From: Pseudomonadales bacterium
GTDB taxonomy: Bacteria; Pseudomonadota; Gammaproteobacteria; Pseudomonadales; JAHRWD01
DNA length: 64,000 bases
Direction: 5' to 3'
NCBI GenBank assembly: GCA_019090315.1
Contig: JAHRWD010000032.1
Span: 4,870-68,869 of the forward strand
Of the stretch, positions 39,653 through 48,631 are shown piece by piece. The notes under the pieces are model-generated. The model saw only the letters and a program-made list of their open reading frames with translations. It was not told where the DNA came from and made no database searches. How positions within the stretch are numbered: position 1 is the stretch's first letter; every line of letters begins with the position of its first letter. The position numbers and the translations under genes were made by a program.

Positions 39653-41059
39653 TTGAATACCCAGACAGCAAAAAAAGTTCTGGTCATTGATGATGAACCG
39701 GATATACGAGCACTTCTCGAAATCACCCTGACCCGAATGGGGTTAGAGGTGGATAGCGCCGACTGTGTAGCGACCGCCAAACAAAAGCTCGCCAGCACCC
39801 AGTATCAACTCTGCCTGACCGATATGCGCCTGCCCGATGGTGATGGCCTGGAGCTGGTGAAGCTCATTCAGCAAGATTATCCAAGTCTACCAACTGCGAT
39901 GATCACTGCTTTCGGCAGTGTCGAAACCGCAATTGATGCACTTAAAGCTGGTGCATTTGATTTTCTATCCAAGCCAGTAGATCTTGTCCAGCTCCGTGAA
40001 CTGGTTGAAAAAGCACTTAAGCTCGACGCTGCACCGGTAGAAAATATCGCAGCGCAACAATCTGAATTTCTGGGAAAAACACCGATCATGCTGGCATTAC
40101 GCCAGCGTATTCACAAGCTTGCCCGTAGTCAGGCACCTATCTACATTCAGGGTGAATCGGGTTCGGGTAAAGAACGCGTCGCGCGACTTATTCACCAGCT
40201 TGGCCCTCGCGCGGAAGGACCATTCATACCCGTCAACTGTGCGGCCATTCCCACAGACTTAATGGAAAGTGAGTTTTTTGGTTATATAAAGGGCAGTTTC
40301 AGCGGTGCAACAGCTGATAAGCCAGGGCTATTTCAGGCTGCTGAAAATGGCACGCTTTTCCTTGATGAGATTGCTGATCTACCCCTCAGTATGCAGGTCA
40401 AATTGCTCAGAGCGATACAGGAAAAATCTGTTCGACCGATTGGCGCGCAGGCAGAAGTGCCGGTCAATGTGCGGATACTGAGCGCTACCCATAAAAACCT
40501 GCTGCAACAGGTTGAAAATAACGAGTTCCGGGAAGATCTCTACTATCGTATCAACGTGATTGAAGTACAGGTGCCCAGCCTCCGGGAGAGAGCTGGCGAC
40601 ATCCCGGAACTGGCAACCGTATTACTGCAAAAAATTGCAGAGGAATACCAGCTCCCTGCGGCAAGCCTAAGTAAGCAGGCGCTCAATGGACTAAAAAGCC
40701 ACTCTTTCCCCGGCAACGTACGGGAACTGGAAAATATTCTGGAACGAGCCTTCGCCCTTTGCGAAGGCTCGCAAATTGAACTTGCTGATCTCAATTTAAG
40801 CGGAACAGTCCAAAGCAATAACAGCGCCTCGCAAGACACTATTGCTGCGTCATCTGAACCGGTTGAGCCCTTCGATAGTGAGCAGCCCTCCGCATCCCTT
40901 GAGGATTATCTGGCCGATATTGAAAAGAGCGCCATTCTAAAAGCGCTGGATGAGACTCGCTGGAACCGCACCGCAGCGGCAAAGAAACTGGGCATCAGCT
41001 TTCGGGCGCTACGTTACCGTCTACAGAAACTTGGGCTTGATCAACCTGATTCAGATTAA
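39653..41059 (+). CDS. pilR: Sigma-54-dependent response regulator for type IV pili
   Basis: REC, Walker A GESGSGKE, ESEFFG..KGSFSGA, Walker B LFLDEI, FPGNVREL and HTH RWNRTAAA..ISFRALRYRL. Confidence 0.95.
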   Translation: MNTQTAKKVLVIDDEPDIRALLEITLTRMGLEVDSADCVATAKQKLASTQYQLCLTDMRLPDGDGLELVKLIQQDYPSLPTAMITAFGSVETAIDALKAGAFDFLSKPVDLVQLRELVEKALKLDAAPVENIAAQQSEFLGKTPIMLALRQRIHKLARSQAPIYIQGESGSGKERVARLIHQLGPRAEGPFIPVNCAAIPTDLMESEFFGYIKGSFSGATADKPGLFQAAENGTLFLDEIADLPLSMQVKLLRAIQEKSVRPIGAQAEVPVNVRILSATHKNLLQQVENNEFREDLYYRINVIEVQVPSLRERAGDIPELATVLLQKIAEEYQLPAASLSKQALNGLKSHSFPGNVRELENILERAFALCEGSQIELADLNLSGTVQSNNSASQDTIAASSEPVEPFDSEQPSASLEDYLADIEKSAILKALDETRWNRTAAAKKLGISFRALRYRLQKLGLDQPDSD

Positions 41060-41071
41060 CCGAAACAGAGA

Positions 41072-42184
41072 TTAACGAGAAATGGATTGATAGGCCGTAC
41101 AGTCGAGGGAGGTCGGCTCCCCTAACATCTGCTCTATCAAAACCTGCACACTGCCCGGAGCCAATACCACCCCATTGCGAAAATGGCCGGCATTGATGAA
41201 CAGGTTTTCGTAATTGGCAACCGGACCGATATGTGGAATGCCATCGGGACTGGCAGGGCGTAATCCCGCCCATTGTTGAATAACCGGATAGTCAGCCAGT
41301 GCCGGCAACATTGACTCCGCAAAGGCTTTCAACTCCACATAGGCTTGCTCAGTGGTTGTATTGTCGAAACCGACATCTTCCAATGTACTACCCACTAGAA
41401 TATGCCCATCTTTACGAGGAATCAGGTATTGGTTACCCGAGAGTACAATAGTATTTAGTAGTTTTGGCCCAGGCTTATAAAGCAGCATTTGGCCTCTAAT
41501 AGGCCAAATTGATCTTTCTGCCGCCGCTTTACCTAATAGTTGTTGGCTCCACGCGCCCGAGGTAACGAGGGTATTCCCCGCATAAAAATTTCCGGCTTTA
41601 GTCGCCGCTCCCTGTACTTTTTCCCCTTCTAGCAGCAACTCAACAACCGGGCAGTTTTCCTGGATAGAAATCAGTGGTTCCTGAGAAATCGCCTTTTTAA
41701 GCGCTTTTAGCAACCTTGGGTTACGAATATTGGACACCGCCGGCATCCATAAACCTTGTGAAATGGCGGATGTTAAATCAGGTTGTAGTTGACCAATGGC
41801 ATATTGATCCAGAATTTCCAGCTCAATATCGTACTGATTGGCCCAATCTACCGCTTGATCGATGGTGCTGCTGTTTGAGCCTCCTTCAATCGCGGGCTGG
41901 CAAGTCAACATTCCGGTTGAATACAGTTCCGGATCTATACCGGTTTGGTCGGTAAGTTGATTGACTAGATCGGGATACAGTTGCTGTGAAAATTGGGTGA
42001 GCCTGCTGATGGAAGCAGGGTAGTTCCATGGGTTCAGGGGCGAAACGATACCGCCGCCAGCCCAGGATGCCTCCCGACCACACTGCTGACTTTCGAGCAA
42101 CTGGACTGAATAACCTTTTTGAGTCAGGGCATAACTACTGAGCATGCCCATGATGCCCCCGCCAATTACCAAAAAATCGGTCAC
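41072..42184 (-). CDS. thiO: Glycine oxidase ThiO-like FAD-dependent oxidoreductase
   Basis: GGGIMG, ASWAGGG, RGQM, WAGLRP and GHFRNG; conserved position next to pilR. Confidence 0.88.
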   Translation of the reverse strand: MTDFLVIGGGIMGMLSSYALTQKGYSVQLLESQQCGREASWAGGGIVSPLNPWNYPASISRLTQFSQQLYPDLVNQLTDQTGIDPELYSTGMLTCQPAIEGGSNSSTIDQAVDWANQYDIELEILDQYAIGQLQPDLTSAISQGLWMPAVSNIRNPRLLKALKKAISQEPLISIQENCPVVELLLEGEKVQGAATKAGNFYAGNTLVTSGAWSQQLLGKAAAERSIWPIRGQMLLYKPGPKLLNTIVLSGNQYLIPRKDGHILVGSTLEDVGFDNTTTEQAYVELKAFAESMLPALADYPVIQQWAGLRPASPDGIPHIGPVANYENLFINAGHFRNGVVLAPGSVQVLIEQMLGEPTSLDCTAYQSISR

Positions 42185-42363
42185 TGTGGAATTGAACTCT
42201 TTAAAAAGGGTGCATTATACCGATTAGCGCTTCAATCGAGCACTATACATTGTAAGCAGTTGAGAGCGTTCCGTGTGACTACTTTCGATAGCTCAATGCA
42301 GAGCCTTCACCCTAAACGATTCAGGCTTACAAAAAGCAACTACCGTGGTATTTTCCGGGACAG

Positions 42364-42780
42364 TTACCAGCACTCTGAACTTGCGGAACCACCACTATCG
42401 GTCGAGCTCTTAAGCCCGGTTTGAGTGATGGAAAAAGTTTTGCAGTCTGTATCGTCTAGCTGAGAGCCGTTCGCCGTTACCGTAATCGTATAGGTAAGGG
42501 TCCCGGCAATCACAGAAACGTCATAATACCCCTCTGGGGAAAACAGGCCACCGATGTTAGTTGCGCTGGATGTATAGGCATTGTTACCTGTAAACCATCT
42601 TTCTTCTGATGCAGCAGCCTGAACCAGTGCTATTTTTGCATCAGAGCGACGCGATTTTTGAATGCTCTCCTGATATGCAGGAAATGCGATTGACCCAAGC
42701 AGTGCAATAACCGCAACCACGATCAACAATTCAATCAGTGAAAAGCCACCGATAGAACGCCGACTATTAAAATGATTCAT
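42364..42780 (-). CDS. pilE: Type IV minor pilin PilE
   Basis: GFSLIELLIVV prepilin motif, KSRRSDAK and C-terminal D..C...CW. Confidence 0.9.
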   Translation of the reverse strand: MNHFNSRRSIGGFSLIELLIVVAVIALLGSIAFPAYQESIQKSRRSDAKIALVQAAASEERWFTGNNAYTSSATNIGGLFSPEGYYDVSVIAGTLTYTITVTANGSQLDDTDCKTFSITQTGLKSSTDSGGSASSECW

Positions 42781-42796
42781 ATGATTTACTCAATGC

Positions 42797-42898
42797 GAGA
42801 CCTCTGTATAACGTAGCGAGCGCAGGCAAGACACCAAAAGTAGGCGCTTGAGGCGAGGAAAAATTAGCGAAAAAGCGCAGTAGTTATGCTTAGGTCTC
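42797..42898. mobile_element. Short MITE-like element (102 bp) with a 5-bp target-site duplication
   Basis: Ends GAGACCTCTGTATAAC / GTTATGCTTAGGTCTC (13/16 IR); AATGC on both sides (42792-42796, 42899-42903); shares ACCAAAAGTAGGC with the element at 24298. Confidence 0.78.
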
Positions 42899-43048
42899 AA
42901 TGCCTTATATGGAACCTATAGTATAGCTACTCAATAAACGGCCGTGTAGGTTCACGCAATATGCAGCAGCAAGAAATGTGAACCAATCGCGCAATTTTCT
43001 GGCCAGGGCCTCATATACAGGCTAGCAAACCAATACTGCACGAACCGT

Positions 43049-45463
43049 TCAAAGAGGCAAAATCCGCCATGACTTACGCCCACCAGCAATCACCGGCATA
43101 GTAAGGTAATGAACTGACAATCCTCCTACAGAGGTGGGTATCAGAACAGCAGGTACATCGCCAGGTGCAAGAATAAACGTAAGTTCCAGGCTCCGGCCTT
43201 CTCCAACATCGATCGATGAACTCGAGAGTGGTTGAGCATTATTCATAATGGCCGAGTTTTGCCCCAGTATACTTGAGGCATCCGCAGTACCGGTTTTGTA
43301 GTTAATCGCAAACAAGGTGCCGCTACCCGTCTTGCCTACCTCTGGTTCATAGGCACTGAAAAATATCGTTGAACCCAGCTGCTGCGCGGGCGTTAGAACC
43401 CGAGTACCGGGCGTACCCGTTGGTTCGCCCGGCTTATCTAGGTCGATCAACCAACCCGAGTTACCCTCAATCCCAACCAATAGCTCGTCAAATGTTGTGG
43501 GGGTATAGCTCGGATCAGTACCGTAGGAAAAAGTGGGCGCGTTAACCAGGCTACCGTCTTTAAATACCTGTACATCGGTTACATCTACGAGATCAGAAAG
43601 AGAAACTGGATCCAGGGAGAGGCTACCGCTAGAAACAGGCTCCTTGATGCCATAAAAAAACCGGTCAGCCAGAGAAGATACATCAATATCGTTAGACAAT
43701 ATTCCCGCACCTACATATACCCAATATGCGCCTTTATCGTCGGTCACAGTGATCGGTTGACTATAGATCGGTTGGTTCGCGTCCAGAACGGTGGAAATAT
43801 TCAGGCTAGTTCCAGGCTCAGCCCGTTTCAATTCACCACTGAGCTCGACACGGGAAGAACCACTCATCAGGTTCTTGACCGTTCCAAAATAAAGCATGTC
43901 ATCCTGAAAATCATCATCCCAGTCAGTACTGTTTAACGCTCCCACATACCGGCTCGAATCGGAAACAGCGGTTTCCGAAAGGGTGTTGGAAACCAGATCA
44001 TACTGAAACAGGCTATAACTGGATTTTCTGGAAGCGACATGCTCGAGATCATCTGGCCCAGAACCAAACACCAGTTGCCATTCATTGGTTGATGGATGAA
44101 ACCAGTCATTCCCCTGACCCGGCACACGTTTTTTCATTAGCGCTGGTTTGCTAGTAGTAAAATCCAGATTATCGTCCGTCACTTCAGCAATAATTTCAGG
44201 CGCTGATTCCGGATCAGTAATATCAAGAATGATATAGGCAGAGCTGAATGTAGCAGTGATGCCATCTACCTGAACATCCCCTCCACCCAGGCGCATTGCG
44301 ACCACCAGGATAGTGCCCCACCCATTTGGATGGACCTCATCAGATGGAAAAATATTGACGTCAAATGCCTGTGGGGCACCATCTACATAGTACACATGCG
44401 AATAATCAGTAGCTGTTAACCACTTCAAATGTGGAAGCAGGTTTTCCGGTGCATAAGCCCATATTTCAGAACCAAGGGGGTGCGCAGTTTCATTGGCACC
44501 GGTCGCTAATTTAAATTCCTGCTCTTCAGAAGACCAAAATCCGCCATTGAAGGCATGTAACAGGCCATCATTTGCACCCACATATACCATTCGTCGTCGA
44601 TCCGCATATTTGGTTTTAAACGCGGTGTAGCTTGCGTCGTTGTAACGAACGTCATAGCCCGCCACGGGTCCATCGACCACTAACGGAATCGAATTTACAA
44701 TATCGCCTAATCTCAGTGGCTCACCATCAATGGTTCGATTTCTGAACCCGGTAATTCCCTCTTTGCCGCGGATGAAATCAACGATAGCATCAGCTTCAAT
44801 TTCACTGCCAACATTAAGGTAGCGGTAGTTACTTCCATTGATAGCACCGCTGTCAAAATCGACTTTCGCGCCATTTATTGCGCTAAAAATATAACGACCG
44901 CCGGTTGCTGTGCCATTAATTTCACTACTGTATCCTCGTTGCTGGTCTGGATTAATATGGGACAGTTGTGTCTGCGCATCCCAGATAGGTTGCAGCTGAC
45001 CAATTGGTTTATCAGCTCCCGTCACGGCACAGGATGATCCATTTGACCGTTTAAATGTCACCCCTTCACTTTGCGAAAATGAAAGCTCTACAGCCAAATC
45101 TCCGCTACAGTTCGCCGCCCCATCCAGCTGAGCATCTCCATCACTATCTTCACGAAGCCGACCATGCTCATCCACAAAAAGTGCATACATTGCTCCAGGC
45201 CAGACTACAGTTTTTCCGTTAGCCGTTAACTGCTTTTCGTAACTGGACTGGTAACTGGTGTGAATAGTTGAGCCCTGGTTAGAGACAAGGGTGGCTTGCA
45301 GGGTGCCGGTATGCCAGAGCGGCTCCGATACAAAGTCATCGGCTGTTACCAGCGCTGGTGGAATAGTGTCCGCAAAAGATTGAGGTGCCAACAATCCTGC
45401 TGCCGACATCAGAAAAAATGAGACCCTACACAATTTAGTGCAACTCATGTCAATCCTTTTCAT
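43049..45463 (-). CDS. pilY1: PilY1/PilC-type pilus adhesin (short form)
   Basis: Signal peptide; LGDIVNS, YVGANDGLLHAFN, EIWAYAP, YYVDG and Ca-loop-like DWDDDFQDD; C-terminal GRKSWR. Confidence 0.88.
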   Translation of the reverse strand: MKRIDMSCTKLCRVSFFLMSAAGLLAPQSFADTIPPALVTADDFVSEPLWHTGTLQATLVSNQGSTIHTSYQSSYEKQLTANGKTVVWPGAMYALFVDEHGRLREDSDGDAQLDGAANCSGDLAVELSFSQSEGVTFKRSNGSSCAVTGADKPIGQLQPIWDAQTQLSHINPDQQRGYSSEINGTATGGRYIFSAINGAKVDFDSGAINGSNYRYLNVGSEIEADAIVDFIRGKEGITGFRNRTIDGEPLRLGDIVNSIPLVVDGPVAGYDVRYNDASYTAFKTKYADRRRMVYVGANDGLLHAFNGGFWSSEEQEFKLATGANETAHPLGSEIWAYAPENLLPHLKWLTATDYSHVYYVDGAPQAFDVNIFPSDEVHPNGWGTILVVAMRLGGGDVQVDGITATFSSAYIILDITDPESAPEIIAEVTDDNLDFTTSKPALMKKRVPGQGNDWFHPSTNEWQLVFGSGPDDLEHVASRKSSYSLFQYDLVSNTLSETAVSDSSRYVGALNSTDWDDDFQDDMLYFGTVKNLMSGSSRVELSGELKRAEPGTSLNISTVLDANQPIYSQPITVTDDKGAYWVYVGAGILSNDIDVSSLADRFFYGIKEPVSSGSLSLDPVSLSDLVDVTDVQVFKDGSLVNAPTFSYGTDPSYTPTTFDELLVGIEGNSGWLIDLDKPGEPTGTPGTRVLTPAQQLGSTIFFSAYEPEVGKTGSGTLFAINYKTGTADASSILGQNSAIMNNAQPLSSSSIDVGEGRSLELTFILAPGDVPAVLIPTSVGGLSVHYLTMPVIAGGRKSWRILPL

Positions 45464-45473
45464 GCTAGCTATC

Positions 45474-46085
45474 CTATTTTTGATAAGTTGTTTGAATCAA
45501 TATTCGGCCTTTATCGGAGAGGTCCGATGCCAATGTGGTGACGCGATACATCCCCGGGCAGGGTGGAATCGGTGCCGGGCTACAATCGGCGGCAGCTCCC
45601 ACCAGCCCAAGATATTCAACAATGTATTTCGCCTTTACCTGCGAGGTGAGCTCAAGATTACTGGACGAATAGGTGATGCTACGGTTCACAGTATTCCATA
45701 CGTCAAGATTGCCATTGCAGCCATTTGCTAGCGCCCAACGGTCTTCCAAATGAGCTGCATCCGCACAGGATTTACCAATACTGGCAGCATAACCAGGGTC
45801 TGTTTTACGACTTGTGCAGTAACCGTTGGTACAGGTATCTGAAACCAGAGACTTTACATCCAGGCTCTCTATCAAACGCTCGCCTTCAAGTAGTGCAGCT
45901 TCTGCCGCCTGCGTGATCAACTGCTCAAGACGATAATTTGAAGCTATTCTTCCCTCCAGTGCAGACCCGCGCATTGCCGACACACCCAGAATGGTCAACA
46001 CCAGTAGAATAACCAGACTGACAATCAGTACTGCACCCCGCTGGGATCTACCCATATTCGAGCGCGAATATTTCATTGCCAACAT
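45474..46085 (-). CDS. pilX: Minor pilin PilX
   Basis: QRGAVLIVSLVILLVLT (no Glu5), AAEAALLEGE and YRVT..IQTTY. Confidence 0.9.
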   Translation of the reverse strand: MLAMKYSRSNMGRSQRGAVLIVSLVILLVLTILGVSAMRGSALEGRIASNYRLEQLITQAAEAALLEGERLIESLDVKSLVSDTCTNGYCTSRKTDPGYAASIGKSCADAAHLEDRWALANGCNGNLDVWNTVNRSITYSSSNLELTSQVKAKYIVEYLGLVGAAADCSPAPIPPCPGMYRVTTLASDLSDKGRILIQTTYQK

Positions 46086-46090
46086 TAGCG

Positions 46091-47257
46091 CTATATCCCT
46101 CGATTCCGAAGTTGCACGGTGGTCGATACGGTTTTACGTAAATATCGATCAGGTCCGCTATTGATCAGGGCTTCGGCCATCAGCAAACTGTCGCTGGAAT
46201 CTACTTCCTCAATTTCACCAATACTACGGAGCAATAAACTGATTCGGACACTGACAACATTGTCTGCATTTGTACCGGTTAATCCCGCAGCGGTCACGTA
46301 TTTATTGGGCACCGAATCACTACTGGTATCAACGCCATAGAGAACCTGCATCGACTCAACTCCCTCGACCAGCGGCTCGGCATTTGACGGCACGCCTGTG
46401 CTATAGTCCTTACGATACAGGGTGGGTGCATTATCCTGCCCGGCTCCGACATAGTAGACATTCACGGATATCGCCGAGATTGTGGCATCTTCTCCACCCT
46501 GAAGGACTTCGTATTGATGCCCAAAACCACTGGCTGAATTTGCCGGGCTTATTGGGGGTGCTAGTAACGCGCAGCCGTTGCGCTGGACCAGGCCGGGTGT
46601 CGTAGAACAGTTCTGAAACAGATCGGCGCCTACACAATCAGAGATCACCACAATCCATCCCTCATCACTACTACCATCATCAGAATCAAGGTAGCCATCG
46701 ATGGAAAAACTAGTAGTTGTAGTAGGGAAGGTGAACGCTGTGGCATTGGTAAGATCCAGAGCCGGCTCGGTACTTTTTACCACCAGTACGTCACTTGCCT
46801 TGAATATTTTATTGTCCAGGGTTCCATGCAGGTCAGAATTACTCGCGGCTCCATTGTGCCAATCGGTCGGCACGGATGATTCAATCGTGGAAATTGTGTT
46901 GCTATCGCCGGGGGCGGTTGTCGAGCCAGCGGCTATGTACTCCCAGCCACCTACCGCCTGACCCAAATTGAACAGGGTATCGGTATAGCTCGCGGCGGTA
47001 GTATCAAGCAGATTATTGATTCCGGCGTTAGCGGCACAGCCAGAAACGCCTGCCATTTGCAGATCTTCACGAATCACAGACAACGCATAACGACCGTTTT
47101 CCTGTACTCGGGCTAGCTCACTTTGAAATTGGTAGTGCTGCTTATTACTTGCCATCAACTGAATGATGCCGGTGATCAGCATCACACCCACCGCGGTAGA
47201 GACAAGCAGCTCTACCAGCGTCATACCGCGTTGTTTCTGGCTGCCTGGCCAGCTCAT
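46091..47257 (-). CDS. pilW: Minor pilin PilW
   Basis: QRGMTLVELL, QENGRYAL..DLQMAG, LVEGVESMQVLYG and VQLRN. Confidence 0.92.
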   Translation of the reverse strand: MSWPGSQKQRGMTLVELLVSTAVGVMLITGIIQLMASNKQHYQFQSELARVQENGRYALSVIREDLQMAGVSGCAANAGINNLLDTTAASYTDTLFNLGQAVGGWEYIAAGSTTAPGDSNTISTIESSVPTDWHNGAASNSDLHGTLDNKIFKASDVLVVKSTEPALDLTNATAFTFPTTTTSFSIDGYLDSDDGSSDEGWIVVISDCVGADLFQNCSTTPGLVQRNGCALLAPPISPANSASGFGHQYEVLQGGEDATISAISVNVYYVGAGQDNAPTLYRKDYSTGVPSNAEPLVEGVESMQVLYGVDTSSDSVPNKYVTAAGLTGTNADNVVSVRISLLLRSIGEIEEVDSSDSLLMAEALINSGPDRYLRKTVSTTVQLRNRGI

Positions 47258-47748
47258 ATTTCAGATCTCAATTGCAGCTGTGCTGTACTTTTCTTTCGAA
47301 GTTTTGGATCAGTTTCGTCGGGGATCATCTCATCCCAACGTACAGTGACCACATAAATTGCACCTACAGGAAGGCTTTCTCGCGCAATTTCCGCTTCCCC
47401 TCCCGGTAACTGGGCGGCGATATCGGACTTCCATTGGTTAAGATCGTGACTTGCTAGCTCAGGGGGGGTGCAGGTGGCGGCGCAAGTTGAATAGCTACTT
47501 GCAGAATCGCCAAAATCGGAAAGATATCGATTAGTGGTCAGTGCCTGATCACGATTTGTACGAATTCGCTCAAGAATATCGTAACTCAGCAGCGATGCTT
47601 CTGAACGCATCAACGAACCATGATTATTGATCACGCTTGCGGATTGCAAACCAGCCAGGCCCAAAAGCCCAACCGCTAAAATCACCAGTGAAACCAGTAT
47701 TTCAAGAAGCGTAAATCCCTGCTGTCTATCGGCGTTGTACGTCCTCAT
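47254..47748 (-). CDS. pilV: Minor pilin PilV
   Basis: QGFTLLEILVS, GLLGLAGLQ, DILERIRTN, DLNQW..LPGG and VRW. Confidence 0.93.
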   Translation of the reverse strand: MRTYNADRQQGFTLLEILVSLVILAVGLLGLAGLQSASVINNHGSLMRSEASLLSYDILERIRTNRDQALTTNRYLSDFGDSASSYSTCAATCTPPELASHDLNQWKSDIAAQLPGGEAEIARESLPVGAIYVVTVRWDEMIPDETDPKLRKKSTAQLQLRSEI

Positions 47749-47844
47749 GATCTCGCGATCACGCCCTCCATTTTTTATCCGTAATCGATCAGCTCAGATA
47801 CTACAGCTGTGCCAACAAGTACCATATGGCCAGGCTGCCTGAAA

Positions 47845-47876
47845 CCGATAAACGGCGGTATTTATCCGATAACTGG
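47845..47876. promoter_or_regulatory. Direct repeat with 21-bp period; putative LytTR (AlgR-like) binding site
   Basis: CCGATAAACGG (47845-47855) and CCGATAACTGG (47866-47876); the minus strand reads CCGTTTATC / CCAGTTATC, similar to the AlgR consensus CCGTTCGTC. Confidence 0.55.
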
Positions 47877-48021
47877 TCAGTACATCTGCCGAATAAAAAA
47901 CACACTGCTAGCCAGTTGTTACCAACCTGGTACTCTGACAAGCATCTATTGATGGAGTACTAACATCCAGCACAGATAATTTGGTATTCTGACTGTTCAA
48001 GCCTGATGACAACCCACACAC

Positions 48022-48618
48022 ATGACCATGAATTGCGATATGCCATCCAGCACTCAAAATCAGGGATTTACGCTCATTGAGCTAATGGTTACGGTGGCCG
48101 TGGCCATCATATTGCTGACTGTCGGAGTTCCGTCCCTGCTATACATGATCAGCAGCAGCGCTATTACAGGCAATGTTGATGCATTAAATGGCGATCTAGC
48201 ACTCGCCCGATCCGAAGCGATTGTCGAAAAAACCACCGCGACTGTCTGCAAAAGTGCCGATCTGCTTGATTGTGATAGTGCCGTAAGCTGGAGTGACGGC
48301 TGGATTGTATTTACCGACGTAGACGGAGACCAGGCGGTTGATGGGGAGGACACCATTATCCGGGTGCATGAAGCGCTTTCAGCACAGGTGACCCTGAAAT
48401 ACGACGATGCCAGCGTTGCAGACGCGTACTTGCAATACAGCTACAAAGGAGACCTGGAAAGCAGTGCTGGCACCTTCACCTTTTGCCCGTCGGACAACGA
48501 TGTTTCATTGGCCCGGGCGATAATTGTCGCCACCACCGGTCGTGTTCGTCGTTCTACAGACTCCGATGCAGACGGAGTCCACGAAGATGGAGGTGGCGGC
48601 GCTCTGACCTGTCCATAG
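48022..48618 (+). CDS. fimT: GspH/FimT family minor pilin
   Basis: QGFTLIELMVT, LARSEAI, VC..C..W..GWIVF, TFTFC and GRVR. Confidence 0.88.
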   Translation: MTMNCDMPSSTQNQGFTLIELMVTVAVAIILLTVGVPSLLYMISSSAITGNVDALNGDLALARSEAIVEKTTATVCKSADLLDCDSAVSWSDGWIVFTDVDGDQAVDGEDTIIRVHEALSAQVTLKYDDASVADAYLQYSYKGDLESSAGTFTFCPSDNDVSLARAIIVATTGRVRRSTDSDADGVHEDGGGGALTCP

Positions 48619-48631
48619 CAATCACCCGGAT

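Noticed and set aside
42185-42363. TPP riboswitch before thiO
   Set aside because: No CTGAGA / ACCTGA core on the coding strand, and a TATAAT lies close to the start.
47801-47814. Sigma-54 promoter for pilV (TGGCAC on the minus strand)
   Set aside because: The -12 position reads GT rather than GC; too weak to call.
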